64,000 nucleotides of DNA from Candidatus Bathyarchaeota archaeon (GTDB taxonomy: Archaea > Thermoproteota > Bathyarchaeia > Bathyarchaeales > Bathycorpusculaceae). The notes under the pieces were generated by a model, which had not been told where the DNA came from, searched no databases, and saw only the letters and a list, made by a program, of their open reading frames with translations. Positions within the stretch are counted from its first letter, which is position 1. Each line of letters begins with the position of its first letter. Below, in pieces: positions 42,971 to 54,625 of this stretch. The DNA lies in assembly GCA_963772455.1 (NCBI GenBank), contig CAVYXJ010000010.1:192001-256000 (forward strand), in the 5' to 3' direction. The translations under genes and the position numbers were made by a program.

Positions 42971-43652
42971 AGGCAATAATTGTTGGAGTCTGAGCAGAAC
43001 CCGTTGCAGCCAATCGTTCCACCTTCTTTACCGAAAATTTAGGTGCTAAGATTTTTTCTAATTTTTCAACAGTATAAAAGTTTTTGTGGGAATCATAATT
43101 TAAACCCGCCATTCCTTCAGGAGTCTCGATGATTAAGAACCCGCGAGGTTTGAGAGTTCTATAGGCTTCATCTATGAAGTTTTCAGGCGCCCAGAGATGC
43201 TCAAGAACTTCTGAGGCAATAACTAGATCAAACGTTGCATCTGCAAAAGCCAATGTTTCGGCGTCACCTGCCATTATAGAGGAAACATTGCATTTATGAG
43301 CTGAAGTAGCTACAGTTGGCAAATCTACCGCTGCAACAAAGTGGCCTTTTTTAATTAATGGCTCACTTATGACGCCATCGCCGCAGCCTACATCCAAAAT
43401 CTTAAGGTCATCGCCGATGCTGCTGACCATTTCGTTGAAAATTTTGATTCTGTCAACATTTAATGTATTAACGCTTAAGAGTTCAGCATGCTCTTGCATC
43501 ATCATAATATGCATGTTAGCATCGTACTTTTGCCACTCAACCCATTTGCGTTTGCTTTTTTTGCGTTGTCCAAAGTTGATTTCCCTTGTGATGACCCATC
43601 TGAGTTGGTGTGGGTGCGTGAGCAGGTACTTGATGCCTGCAAGGGAAAACAC
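42951..43652 (-). CDS. Class I SAM-dependent methyltransferase
   Basis: ILDVGCGDG, GDAETLAF..FDLV and EVLEHL. GTG at 43652 directly follows the upstream rSAM stop. Confidence 0.85.
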   Translation of the reverse strand: MFSLAGIKYLLTHPHQLRWVITREINFGQRKKSKRKWVEWQKYDANMHIMMMQEHAELLSVNTLNVDRIKIFNEMVSSIGDDLKILDVGCGDGVISEPLIKKGHFVAAVDLPTVATSAHKCNVSSIMAGDAETLAFADATFDLVIASEVLEHLWAPENFIDEAYRTLKPRGFLIIETPEGMAGLNYDSHKNFYTVEKLEKILAPKFSVKKVERLAATGSAQTPTIIAFIEKTV

Positions 43653-43656
43653 AGCG

Positions 43657-45144
43657 CTAGGCTCCTTGCTGTTTACTCGGGGTGCTGTGTCCGCCGGGGC
43701 TCTTTTTGGGGTGATAAAGCCTTCTGAGAACCCATCGTGCGAAGCTGTTATTTGCGACAATATGGTTTAAGGCGCTTCGTGCCATGATTTGGCTGTAGAA
43801 GTCTCCCTTCAGCTTCTTTCGCAAGTAAAAGGTTGGAGACAAGTAATGGTCGTAGAAGTCTTTTTTTGTCTGATTCAACTTTTCCAGCGGCAAGAGAGTG
43901 TTTTGGAAGACTTGAGTTTGTTCGTGGTATAAGCTCCAGTCTTTTGCTAATTCTAAGCCTAAGCTTTTGGCAAAATCATAAAGCTCCGTGCCTGGGTAAG
44001 GAACTGCTTCACACATGTAGACGTAGTCTGGTTTTGTTTTGTAGATGAAATCAATTGTTTGCTGTAATTGCTCAGGTGTTTCAGTTGGATAGCCAATGAC
44101 AAGTGAAATGGCGACGGAAATTCCCGCTTCTTTTGCCCACTTTATGGCTTGAGCGTTCTGCTCAACAGTAGTGCCTTTACGCATCAAATTCAACATTTGT
44201 TGACTGCCCGATTCAACGCCGAAGTGAACAAGTTGGCAACCTGAACTTCTCAGTTTGGTTAACAGTTCTTTGGAGACTTTGTCGACTCTTGTTCTGCAAT
44301 CCCACGGCAAATCAAATTTGCGGTTTTTCATTTCATCGCAGATGGCAATTGCTCTGTTCACGTCAAATGTGAAAGTGTCATCATAAAAGGCAAACGCTCC
44401 TCCTCCAAATTCGTCTCTTAACCATTCTAGTTCGTCAACGACTTTCTTTGGGCTTCTACCTCGGAAGCCTCTGCCGCACATTTTGTATCCTGCACAAAAG
44501 GCACAGCTAAATGGACAACCTCGACTAGTAATTATAGGTAAGTAAGTTTTGTCAAGAATTTTGTATTTGCCTACATCAAAGTGTTTGTGTGCTGGATAAG
44601 GAAGAGAATCAATATCCTCCATGAATGGACGGTCGGGATTGCGGATAACTTTGCCATCACTTTGAAAAGTTATTCCTGAAACTTGATTGAGGTTTTTAAG
44701 GTTACCCTCGGAAACTAAGTTTGCAAGTTCAAGCATAGTTTGCTCACCTTCACTGCGTACCACAATGTCGACATTTTGGCTCTCGGTGAAAACTTGCTCA
44801 TCCATAACGGTTACGTGTGGTCCACCAATCATGGTGACGGCTTTGGGTAAGGCTGCTTTTGCCGCTTTTAAAATGTCGAGTGCTGGATTGTACGTAAGTG
44901 TGGCGGATGTGACGCCGATTATATCGGGGTTTAGGCTCCTAAATTTGTCTTCGAGCTCCTTTTGTGTAGGGTGGGTAGTTTGGCAATCAACCACGTCCAC
45001 TTTGTACCCCTTTTCTTCAAGAACCGCTGTCAAATAACTAATGCCAAGTGGCAGGAAAATAGCTTGAGGCGCTTCGATTGGGTATGGTGGATTTACAAGT
45101 GCTACGTGGGCTTTCACGTTGGTTCCCCGATTTAGTATTCCCAA
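43657..45144 (-). CDS. Cobalamin-dependent radical SAM enzyme (class B) #4
   Basis: PLGISYLTA, GGPHVT, TSRGCPFSCAFC, FYDD and GVESGS. Confidence 0.9.
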   Translation of the reverse strand: MGILNRGTNVKAHVALVNPPYPIEAPQAIFLPLGISYLTAVLEEKGYKVDVVDCQTTHPTQKELEDKFRSLNPDIIGVTSATLTYNPALDILKAAKAALPKAVTMIGGPHVTVMDEQVFTESQNVDIVVRSEGEQTMLELANLVSEGNLKNLNQVSGITFQSDGKVIRNPDRPFMEDIDSLPYPAHKHFDVGKYKILDKTYLPIITSRGCPFSCAFCAGYKMCGRGFRGRSPKKVVDELEWLRDEFGGGAFAFYDDTFTFDVNRAIAICDEMKNRKFDLPWDCRTRVDKVSKELLTKLRSSGCQLVHFGVESGSQQMLNLMRKGTTVEQNAQAIKWAKEAGISVAISLVIGYPTETPEQLQQTIDFIYKTKPDYVYMCEAVPYPGTELYDFAKSLGLELAKDWSLYHEQTQVFQNTLLPLEKLNQTKKDFYDHYLSPTFYLRKKLKGDFYSQIMARSALNHIVANNSFARWVLRRLYHPKKSPGGHSTPSKQQGA

Positions 45145-45283
45145 ACGGCTGATGGAACTATTATGTGTTTTGCAGATAAGCCTAAAAGTGGTTTTTCTTC
45201 GAGTTTGACGTAGAGCACAAGGCTTTTTACTTCAAGCATCAACTATCCAATTAATGTCGGCAATAACTGGAGAAATTTGGCAT

Positions 45284-46835
45284 TTGTCAGCGGATTTGGC
45301 AATAATTAACGCTAATATTCTAACAATGAACCCAAACCGGCCCACAGCCCAAGCCCTTGCCATTAACAAAAACAAAATCATCAAAGTTGGCACTAACAAA
45401 GAAATAGGCCAATTAATCAACGAAAAAACCAAAGTCCTGAACTTTGAAGGCAAAACGGTCGTTCCGGGTTTGATCGATACCCACATCCATGTTGCAGACT
45501 ATGGACGATGCCTAATGTGGCTTGACTTAACTACGGCACAATCCATCAGTGAGCTGCAAAGTTTGCTTAAAGAAAAAGCTAGACAAACATCTGCTGGCAG
45601 GTGGATTGTCGGTCGTGGATGGAATCAGGATCAATTCAAAGAAAAACGCATGCCAACAGCCGCAGATTTGGATGCAGTTTCACCAAACAACCCAGTAATC
45701 CTCTATCATGGAACCGCAATGATTTGTGCAGTAAACACCAAAGCACTCCAAAAGGCAGGAGTAACTAAGCAAACCTCGTTGCCTAGCGGCGGCGTTATCG
45801 AAAAAAACTCTGCGACAGGTGAACTGACGGGCATTTTCCGGGACCGCGCTACTAACCTAATTTGGCAAGCTGTTCCCGAACCCACGGCATCTGAGCTTTT
45901 AGAGGCAACGGATTTGGCTTGCCAAAAAATCTCCGCCGCTGGCTTAACCAGTGTTCATTGGATGGTGTTGTCGGAAGTTGAGCTAGAGATTATTCAAAAT
46001 TTGCATGCAATGGGAAGGTTGCCATTAAGGGTTAATGTGGTTGTTCCGCAAGAACTCTTAGAGAAAACAATTGGATTCATGACCAACAATGTTTCAGTTT
46101 TGCGAATAGGCGGCGTTACGATTGCTGCGGACGGATACTTGGATTCAAAGGAAGCTGCACTTCTTGAGCCTTACATTGATGAGCCAAAGAACAGTGGCAA
46201 ACTGCTTTGTACCGAGGAAGAGTTGGCTGCTTCAGTTGCCAAAGCGTTAGCTGCTGGAGTTCAGCCTATAATACTTGCAATGGGCGACAAAGCAATCGAT
46301 ATGACCCTAAAAATTATTGAGCAAAGACACAAAAGCAACGTTCGCTTTCGCATCGAGCAGGCAGCTGTCCTAAATAATGACTTAATTCACCGTTTAAAGA
46401 AACAGGAAATTGTGGTTTCGGTTCAGCCCAAAGTTATCTCAACGGAATTTTCGGTTTGGTCAGCCATACAACGACTCGGCTTGGAACGCGCAAGGTGGCT
46501 TGCATCCGCTAAAAACGCTTCTTGACGAGGGCGTGAAAGTAGCGGGTGGTTCTGATTGCCCCATGGAACCTTTAAGTCCTCTGCTTGGAATCCAAGAGGT
46601 TGTGTTGCGACCAGAGTTTCCTGAGCAGCGATTAAGCGTTGAAGAAGCATTGAGAATGTACACTTTGGATGCTGCTTATTCTTCGTGTGAAGAGAATGTT
46701 AAAGGGTCAATCGAAGAGGGAAAACTAGCAGATTTGACAGTTCTATCAGATGATCCGGTGACTGTTGAACCCGAGAAAATCAAGGATATAAAGGTTGAAT
46801 TTGTCATAATAGATGGAAAAATATTGATCGTTTGA
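45284..46835 (+). CDS. YtcJ/NfdA-like amidohydrolase (Amidohydro_3) with degenerate metal site (frameshift near 46500)
   Basis: PGLIDTHIH, GRGWNQD, GGSDCP and GSIEEGKLADL. Confidence 0.8.
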
Positions 46836-46863
46836 CTTCTATTTTTTTAGAAATGTAACGATA

Positions 46864-48312
46864 TCATTTCTTCTTCAGGAGCATTTTCGTTGTCTTCAGC
46901 GGATGCCTCATCGCTCGCAAAATTTTTTCCTGAGTAAACCTCGGATTAACCAAATTCGCTTTCATGCATAACTCCTGCAAATCTCTCGCAGACCATTGGG
47001 GTGTTTCAACCTGTGGTTCTGTTGCCGCTAAAGCAAAGTCGCAAAAACCCTCTCGGAGAAACCCTCCATCTTTTGCCTGTTCATAAAATGCTGTTCCATA
47101 GAGTGGCATGGCTATGCTGAAGATGAATGTTTCAGCTCCCAGCGTACGAAGTTTGTGCGCGAATTCTATGGTTTTTTCAATGTCTCCTTTGGTTTCACCA
47201 ATTAAACCCATTACGAAGAAACATCCAACTTTAATGCCAACTTTCTTGCAAAGGACAACTGCTTGTTCGACGGCTTTTAGGTCCTGGTTCTTTTTGATAA
47301 CATCATTTACGATGTGTTGAACTCCTGATTCAGGTGCGATGCGAATTTTTTTACACCCTGCTGATTTCATCTTGCGAAGTAGTGCCTCATCGAGAGAATC
47401 TGCTCTGATTCCGTTGGGGGTAAACCACTCAAACTTCAAATTTCTCTTAACTATTAATTCGCAGATTTCAACCATCCGTTGCCTATCAAAGGTCATGTTG
47501 TCGTCAGAAAAATCAACCTGTTCAATACCGAATGTTTTGATTAATTGCTCTAATTCGTCAACAACATTTTTTGGGCTTCGAGGTCGCCACTGTTTACCCC
47601 ATACTATACAGTTTGAGCAGAAAACACAGTTGTATGGGCAGCCTCTGCTGGTGATTACGATAGTGTAGGGTTTGTAGATTTCGCCTCTAAGTGGATTCTG
47701 TTTAACAGCCTGAGTGTATACCTCCATGGGCAGTAAATGTCTTGCTGGAAAGGGCAATGAATCTAAATTCACAATTAATTGACGTTTGGCATTCAGAATC
47801 ACTTTGCCATTTTCGCTAAAGCCCACTCCAGTGATGTCCTTGAATTCATTTTTTCCAGTTTCCAGTGCCTCAACTAACTCAGAAATAGTATTCTCAGGTT
47901 CTCCAATTGCCACAAAATCCACATCAATGTTTTCTAAGCAAGCCTGCGGACGTGAAGAAGGATGCAGTCCAAACAATATAACAACAATCTCTCTGTTGAC
48001 ATTTTTAACAATTGATACAACTTCAAATGCAGTTTTGGACCAGCCAGAAAATGGGATCTCAATCGCAACCACGTCAGGTTTAAAATCTGAAATTCGCTTT
48101 GCAATTGATTCTGCACTCAAACCCACTCGATACTTGGATTCATCCAACTCCTCAAGGTTCTCCCAACCTTCAGTTGGAGCATCGATAATGCTAACCGCGT
48201 GTTTCTTTTCTAGAACGGCTGCCACCGTTGCCATTACGATGGGTGGAAAAACGTTAGGCTTCCCCCAGACTTTAGGCTGAATCCTTGGCGGGTTAATGAG
48301 GCAAACACGCAT
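46864..48312 (-). CDS. Cobalamin-dependent radical SAM enzyme (class B) #5 (divergent)
   Basis: N-terminal B12 domain (GLHPS), TSRGCPYNCVFC, FSDDN, APESG and PLYGT. Confidence 0.88.
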   Translation of the reverse strand: MRVCLINPPRIQPKVWGKPNVFPPIVMATVAAVLEKKHAVSIIDAPTEGWENLEELDESKYRVGLSAESIAKRISDFKPDVVAIEIPFSGWSKTAFEVVSIVKNVNREIVVILFGLHPSSRPQACLENIDVDFVAIGEPENTISELVEALETGKNEFKDITGVGFSENGKVILNAKRQLIVNLDSLPFPARHLLPMEVYTQAVKQNPLRGEIYKPYTIVITSRGCPYNCVFCSNCIVWGKQWRPRSPKNVVDELEQLIKTFGIEQVDFSDDNMTFDRQRMVEICELIVKRNLKFEWFTPNGIRADSLDEALLRKMKSAGCKKIRIAPESGVQHIVNDVIKKNQDLKAVEQAVVLCKKVGIKVGCFFVMGLIGETKGDIEKTIEFAHKLRTLGAETFIFSIAMPLYGTAFYEQAKDGGFLREGFCDFALAATEPQVETPQWSARDLQELCMKANLVNPRFTQEKILRAMRHPLKTTKMLLKKK

Positions 48313-48365
48313 GCAAGAGGCACTTCTGTCTCAAAATACCCTTATGCTTTGATTAAAACTTTGCA

Positions 48366-49385
48366 CTAAATTGGGATGAACCAGAATAACCTCACCAATA
48401 CGAGTACGGCGACACAAAGTAACCCCCAGAGAATAATTGTCACATCGCGAATTCGCAAAGCTCCTAAAATCTTCTCGCCGGTCAAAGGCTCCTGTGCATC
48501 TCCAAGGATGTATTGTCCGGGTTTTTGAAGTTGTATCCTGAGAGCTCCAGCCACGGCGCCCATTGGCCAACCGTGGTTACGACTGGGAGTTTTTTTGTGA
48601 TCTCGCAAGGCGATTCTCCAGGCGTTAGCTGCATCCATGCGAAGGATTGCCGCAGCAACTATCATGAACAATGCCGTTAGCCTAGTGGGAATGAAGTTGA
48701 CGAAATTGTCAAGATTTGCGCTAAACCATCCAGTGTTAATGTGCTCTTTAGTTTTGAAGCCGACCATACCATCAAGCGTGTTTATTGCACGAAAAGCAAT
48801 AGCTCCAGTAACACCAAAGAGGGCAAAAGACATCATAGGTGAGAGTTTAAAGTCAATTAGATTTTCCGACATGGATTCGATTACTGCACTTCCCATTTGA
48901 GTCCCGTTTAAGTCCTTTGATTCTCTCCTTGAGAAATGACTGTACTTTTTTGCTTCAATCAAATTATTTTCATCAATGGCTTTGGCTGCGGCTTTTGCCC
49001 AATCTGTTTCTAATTTAATGCAAATTGTCATTTTTACTAAAATTACGGCGATGAAACTGTATACCAAGACGTTAATATAAAATGGAATGAATGTGAAAAT
49101 TGCCCATAAGCCAAAAAAAACTGGCAATGTAAACGAGGCAATTACTGTTAAACCCAACAAGACTCCCAAAAACTTTTCTATTTTTGCATCAGGATTTTTA
49201 AAATAAGGTTCAATTTTCTTTGTAAATTTACCCATCAACACTGTCGGGTGCAACTTGAATATCCATTTCTCTGGGTAGTTGGGTGACGGGTCGCCAAGAA
49301 CTAAATCTAACAGGATGGCTAAAACCAAAATACTAATTGCGACTAATGCATTTATAATATTTAACTCCATGAGTTGCCATCCCAT
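48366..49385 (-). CDS. cbiB: Adenosylcobinamide-phosphate synthase CbiB
   Basis: LDLVLGDP...HP, ESMSEN, AINTLDGMVG, DNFVNFIPTRL and PSRNHGWPMGAVAGAL. Confidence 0.9.
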   Translation of the reverse strand: MGWQLMELNIINALVAISILVLAILLDLVLGDPSPNYPEKWIFKLHPTVLMGKFTKKIEPYFKNPDAKIEKFLGVLLGLTVIASFTLPVFFGLWAIFTFIPFYINVLVYSFIAVILVKMTICIKLETDWAKAAAKAIDENNLIEAKKYSHFSRRESKDLNGTQMGSAVIESMSENLIDFKLSPMMSFALFGVTGAIAFRAINTLDGMVGFKTKEHINTGWFSANLDNFVNFIPTRLTALFMIVAAAILRMDAANAWRIALRDHKKTPSRNHGWPMGAVAGALRIQLQKPGQYILGDAQEPLTGEKILGALRIRDVTIILWGLLCVAVLVLVRLFWFIPI

Positions 49386-49608
49386 TTCGAATACTTCAAG
49401 TAAACAGTTAATATTAATTACGGTGAACAGTCTTAAACACGGAATTAATGGTGCACAATATTTTTCTAAACTATTTTGACTGATTACTATGCATTTTTAA
49501 CGTTTTATTTTTGAAATTAATTATTTTACAATTATTTTTTTACACTAGTCTTATTAATCAATCAAGCGTTGTTATTGCAGCATAAAACTTAAAGGAGAAT
49601 AAAAAAAA

Positions 49609-52374
49609 ATGCAATTTGTCAAAAATAAAACAGCAGCTATTTCGATTGCACTCGTATTAATTATTTCAATGGGAGCATCAATGCTACTAATACCAGCAAC
49701 CGATGCACACACACCTGCATATCAGATTAAATCTTACGCTCTTGTAGAGGCCCTACCTCATACAACAGGGCTAGGTCAAACAGTCGTTGTATACGCCTTC
49801 CTAGGAAATGCACCTCCACCAGGATCAGCAGAAACAAACAGCTACAGATTCCACAACTACACAGTTACTTTCGTAGCACCTTCCGGCAAAACCGACGTAA
49901 AGCACTATGATACTATCTTTGACACAACTGGTGCCCAAACTATTCAATTTACCCCTGATGAAGTCGGCACATACAACATCACATTCGTTTACGGTGGACA
50001 AACACTATCAGTCGGCGGAGTTGACCAACCAGTTGGCTCAGCAAACCTTGGCGACATTTATCTACCAAGCACTGCAACTACAACACTTATTGTTCAGCAA
50101 GACCCAATAACTGAATACCCTGCAAGCTACCCTATTCCAACTGAATATTGGACACGCCCAATTTACGGAGAGAACCCCTACTGGTGGAAAATTTCATCCA
50201 ACTGGTTAGGTACAGGTTCACCAGTTAATTCAGCCGTAAGCGCTGGCACCATTACAGGCATAGGCATGTCATCACTTGTCCAAAGATTCCCCGGTGACGC
50301 CGTAGGTTCTCTAACAAGCCACATTATGTGGACCAAGTCAATTCAATCAGGCGGAGTCGTCGGAGGAGGCAACTTTGAAATTCAAGGCGACACCTACTTT
50401 GAAGGTTCTGCTTACAGCCAACGATACACCAACCCAATAATCGTCAACGGTCATCTCTACTACAATCCACCCCTATCATTCAGAGGCTCCAATGCCGGAC
50501 CAACCACATGCGTTGATCTACGCACAGGGCAAGTCATCTGGCAACGCAGCGACGTACCAGTCATAAACTTTGCAATGATCTGGGATCTTCAAAACGGCAA
50601 CCAACATGGTGTTTACCCAGCACTCTTATGTACCAACAACTTTGCTCGAGTCTTTGATGCAGACACCGGCGATCAGCTATTCAACGTAACAGGCGTTCCC
50701 ACAGGCACCACAGTACAAGGTCCAAACGGAGAACAACTAAGATATATAATATCAAACCAAGGCACTCCGCCACTAATCCAAACTACAACTTGGCCTTATG
50801 GAACTCAACTCTACTATGGTCAGGAACTTTCTTCCGCCCAGGAACAACACAATCAGGCAACTCACCCGACTTAATCAATGCAACCAGCCCAACAGGTACC
50901 GCTCCAGGTAGCGCCATTTCAACACCACCAAGCACAACATCACAATCAGTAGTCAACGGAAGCATCTTTGATTCTTCGAACTTGCAAAACCGTTTCAGCT
51001 GGAACGTTTCAATTGCATCCTGGCGCAACACCATGACCTCCGCACCAACCGTACTTAATGCAATATACGATGACTACATGATTTGCAGAAACGGTTCGTA
51101 TCCATCATTGACAGGACAAACAAACGCAGACGGCTCACTGGTTAACGCAAACTACACATACTTCAAAGTAGACATCAACCCGAAATCCTGCAACATTCGG
51201 TCAAGTACTATGGTGGAGAACAATTAACGTGCCGATGGACAGAAGCATTACCTACGGTGGATTAGATCCTACAGTCGGTATCTTCGCTGAAGGAATAAAA
51301 GAAACTAGAAACTTCATCGCATACAAGGTATCTGATGGCTCTACAGCATGGGGTCCATCACCATCACAAACAGCTCTTGACTACTTCGGTAACCCAATAT
51401 ACCCATACATCGCAAGCCAACTTGCATTCGGCAAACTCTACAGCTACGCTTACGGTGGAATACTCTACTGTTATGATCTGAAAACTGGTAATCTTGACTG
51501 GACTTATGGTAACGGAGGCGTTGCAGGCAACAACACTGACAGTGGCTACCAAGCCCCAGGCTACTATCCTGGCTTCATACAAGCAGTCGGTGGTCATAGT
51601 CTTGATGATGGAGTACTATACATTGCTGTCACAGAACACACAATAGAAACACCAATCTTCAAAGGCTCATTCACACGCGCAATCAACGCGAGCAACGGAG
51701 CAGAACTCTGGACTATCAACGATTATACAGGAGAATTCGGAGCAGTAAGCTACGCTATTGCAGACGGATACACCAACTTCTTCAACGGTATTGACAACCA
51801 AATCTACACCTTAGGCAGAGGACCAACCGCAATGACAGTATCAGCACCAAATATTGCAGCAGCATCAGGCCAACCAGTAGTCATCGCAGGTACACTTTCA
51901 GACGTCTCATCAGGCACAAAGCAAGATCAGTTAGCATCACGCTTCGCCAACGGTGTTCCACTCGCTAATGATATGATCATGGGCGACTGGATGGGATACC
52001 TCTACCAGCAAAAACCATTGCCAACCAACTTCTTAGGCGTAACAGTTGACATAAGCGTACTTGACTCAAACGGCAACTATAGAAGCATAGGCACAACCAC
52101 AACCGACGCAACAGGCAAATACAACATAGTTTGGACTCCAGACATTTCAGGAACATACCAAGTTGTCGCAACCTTTGCAGGCACTAACGGCTATTGGCCA
52201 GCATCTGCAACAACAGCATTCAACGTAATGGCAGAACATCCAACCGCTACACCAGCACCAACACAAGCACCATCAAACGCTGACCTATACTTCGTTCCCG
52301 CAATCGCAGGGCTGTTTGTCTTCGTAGCCATCATCGGCATCGTCATTATCCTGGTTCTCAGGAAACGACCATAA
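49609..52374 (+). CDS. Large secreted, C-terminally anchored PQQ-type beta-propeller surface protein B (frameshifts near 50768 and 51188)
   Basis: Colinear paralog of 34863..37600 (PTEYWTRPI, GSLTSHIMWTK, GILYCYDLKTG, NNTDSG). Ends in TM and RKRP. Confidence 0.8.
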
Positions 52375-52381
52375 AAACCCA

Positions 52382-52421
52382 AAGTGGATAAAACCACTTC
52401 CTCTTTTATTTTTTTGTTTTT
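52382..52421 (+). terminator. Hairpin plus poly-T terminator
   Basis: AAGTGG-ATAAAA-CCACTT followed by T-rich tract. Confidence 0.55.
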
Positions 52422-52566
52422 GATTTAGCAATAAATAAGCCTATTATTCTATTTCTTAAAGAAAAAAAAATTTTCCGACTTATTATTTGTAGAAACATTT
52501 GCGATTTAGTAAAAGAAAGCTTGGTTTTTTAAGGGGAAACGACGATAATGGAGGAGTGGTGTCTGC

Positions 52567-53001
52567 TTGGAGCATGAGGAAGAATTAAACGCAACAACCT
52601 TCCAAAGTTACCTCTATTTAGTTAAAGTGGGCAAACCCGTTGGACCGCGAGATTTGATGCGTGGAGCTAACCTCAGTAGCCCAAGCGTTGCCTATAGAAA
52701 TCTCCAAAAACTCATAGATTTAGGTCTAGTGGTTAAAGACACATACGGAAATTATGTTGTTAAGGAAAAATTAGGCATGAAAGGATATGTATGGTTGGGA
52801 AAAACCCTTATCCCAAACTTTGCCATCTTTGGATTTATTTTTGTAGGTGTTCTAATTGCTGAAATTGCAGTTTTAGCTCCCCACTTAATTGTAGGTGCAC
52901 CCGTTGAAGAGTCATTTTGGCTTTTGACGATAGTAACCATTGTTGCTGCAGTAGTTTTTTTGGTTCAAGCTTTGCAATTTAGAAAGAAAACTAAAAGTTA
53001 A
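52567..53001 (+). CDS. Winged-helix DNA-binding protein with two C-terminal TM helices
   Basis: PVGPRDLMRGANLSSPSVAYRNLQKLIDLG plus two TM helices. Paralog of 29175..29630. Confidence 0.75.
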   Translation: MEHEEELNATTFQSYLYLVKVGKPVGPRDLMRGANLSSPSVAYRNLQKLIDLGLVVKDTYGNYVVKEKLGMKGYVWLGKTLIPNFAIFGFIFVGVLIAEIAVLAPHLIVGAPVEESFWLLTIVTIVAAVVFLVQALQFRKKTKS

Positions 53002-53103
53002 GCCATCGACAATGGATGCTGAAAGTGGCTTTTAGGTTATTCTGTTGAATGCTTTGCAACTGAGAAAACGATATATTTGTAGTTAAGAAGGAAGAAAAAG
53101 AGT

Positions 53104-54486
53104 TCATCTTCTTAGTTTAAGTTTAATATTCGCTGCAAAATGCACACCAACAATAAGTGCCGTAGAAAGTCTAAATCTTCTCTTTTTGTCAAAGAAGAAG
53201 GCTCTACGTAGATAGTAATGATGAAACGCGCCTTCCCTAAGCTTGCCTAGTACCTTCATGCTTAGCTGTGGTGTCTCAAAAATCGGTTTTGTAGTATCGT
53301 ACAAATCAAAGTCTGTTATTCTAAGCCATCCCTTCTCCTTCACCAAATCGTACATGGGTGTTCCTGGAAAAGGTGTTGCAACATTGTAGAATCCCACTGC
53401 GTCTGGTGCAACTTTTTCTACGAACTTGATGGTTTTCCATGCACTCTCTTTAGTTTCTCCTGGGAAACCAAGGATAACGTTTGGAACAGGAATCAAACCT
53501 GCTTCGCGAACCCAACTTAAGACTTTCATGGTTAATTCTGGAGAAATGCCTTTTTTCATGGCGTCCAAAACTTGTTGAGTACCCGACTCAACGCCAAACC
53601 ATACCGAAACGCAACCAGATGTTTTCATCTTGGCAAGCAGCTCTTGGGTTAACATGTCAACGCGCGTTCCGCAGTTCCATTCAATCTTCAAACCACGCGT
53701 GAGAATTTCATTGCAGAGTGCTTCTGTTCTTGACTGATCTACTGTGAAAGCGTCGTCGCAGAACGTAAATTTTTTCACACCATACGTTTTGTGTAGCAGC
53801 TCTAATTCGTCAACCACATTTTTGGGGCTTCGCATACGGTACTTTCTTCCATGCATCCTCACTGTTGTACAGAATTCACACCAGTAAACACAGCCTCGGC
53901 TAGTTGCCAAATATAGGATGTCTTCTAATTCGCGAAACTTCTCCATTGGCCAAAGGTGACGCGCTGGAAAAGGTAGACTATCTAAATCCTCGATATATGG
54001 TCTATCGGGGTTCCTCACAATTTTTCCGTTATTTCGACAAGTCGTGCCTAAAACGTCGCTGTAACTTTTCCCTGATTCAATCCGCTGAACCAATTCAAGC
54101 ACAGTGTTTTCGCCTTCACGTCTAACTACGATATCTAGTTCTGGGCATTCTTCTAGGGCATGGTCATCCCAAAAAGTGACGTGAGAACCACCAGCAATTG
54201 TTATGCAGTTAGGACAAACTTCTTTGGCTATTTTAACAAGCTTCAAAGCCGCACGATAAGTTAGCGTTGATGAAGTTACCCCCACAATATCTGGTTGGCG
54301 TTTGCTAATTTCGTTCTTGAAATCTTCAGGTGAAAGTTTCAACAACTGACAATCAATGACGTCAACTTTGTACTGGTTTTTCTCTAAAACTGCAGCCAAA
54401 TATCCCAAACCCAATAGTGCGAAAGGCATATGCATAGCTGCACCAACAGGGGCTGCAGGGTTAACCAAGGTTACGTGAGGATTCAT
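53104..54486 (-). CDS. Cobalamin-dependent radical SAM enzyme (class B) #6
   Basis: LGLGYLAA, GGSHVTFWD, TSRGCVYWCEFC and GVESG. Confidence 0.9.
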   Translation of the reverse strand: MNPHVTLVNPAAPVGAAMHMPFALLGLGYLAAVLEKNQYKVDVIDCQLLKLSPEDFKNEISKRQPDIVGVTSSTLTYRAALKLVKIAKEVCPNCITIAGGSHVTFWDDHALEECPELDIVVRREGENTVLELVQRIESGKSYSDVLGTTCRNNGKIVRNPDRPYIEDLDSLPFPARHLWPMEKFRELEDILYLATSRGCVYWCEFCTTVRMHGRKYRMRSPKNVVDELELLHKTYGVKKFTFCDDAFTVDQSRTEALCNEILTRGLKIEWNCGTRVDMLTQELLAKMKTSGCVSVWFGVESGTQQVLDAMKKGISPELTMKVLSWVREAGLIPVPNVILGFPGETKESAWKTIKFVEKVAPDAVGFYNVATPFPGTPMYDLVKEKGWLRITDFDLYDTTKPIFETPQLSMKVLGKLREGAFHHYYLRRAFFFDKKRRFRLSTALIVGVHFAANIKLKLRR

Positions 54487-54625
54487 TCGACTTCACATTT
54501 ATTCTTCAAAAGAAGATGATTAATGCTTAAACTTTTCGCCTAAACAGAGAAAAAGACTTTGATATTAAAAAAACCAAATAATTAAGCTATTCATTTATGA
54601 AAACCATATTGGTTATCCTTTTTTC

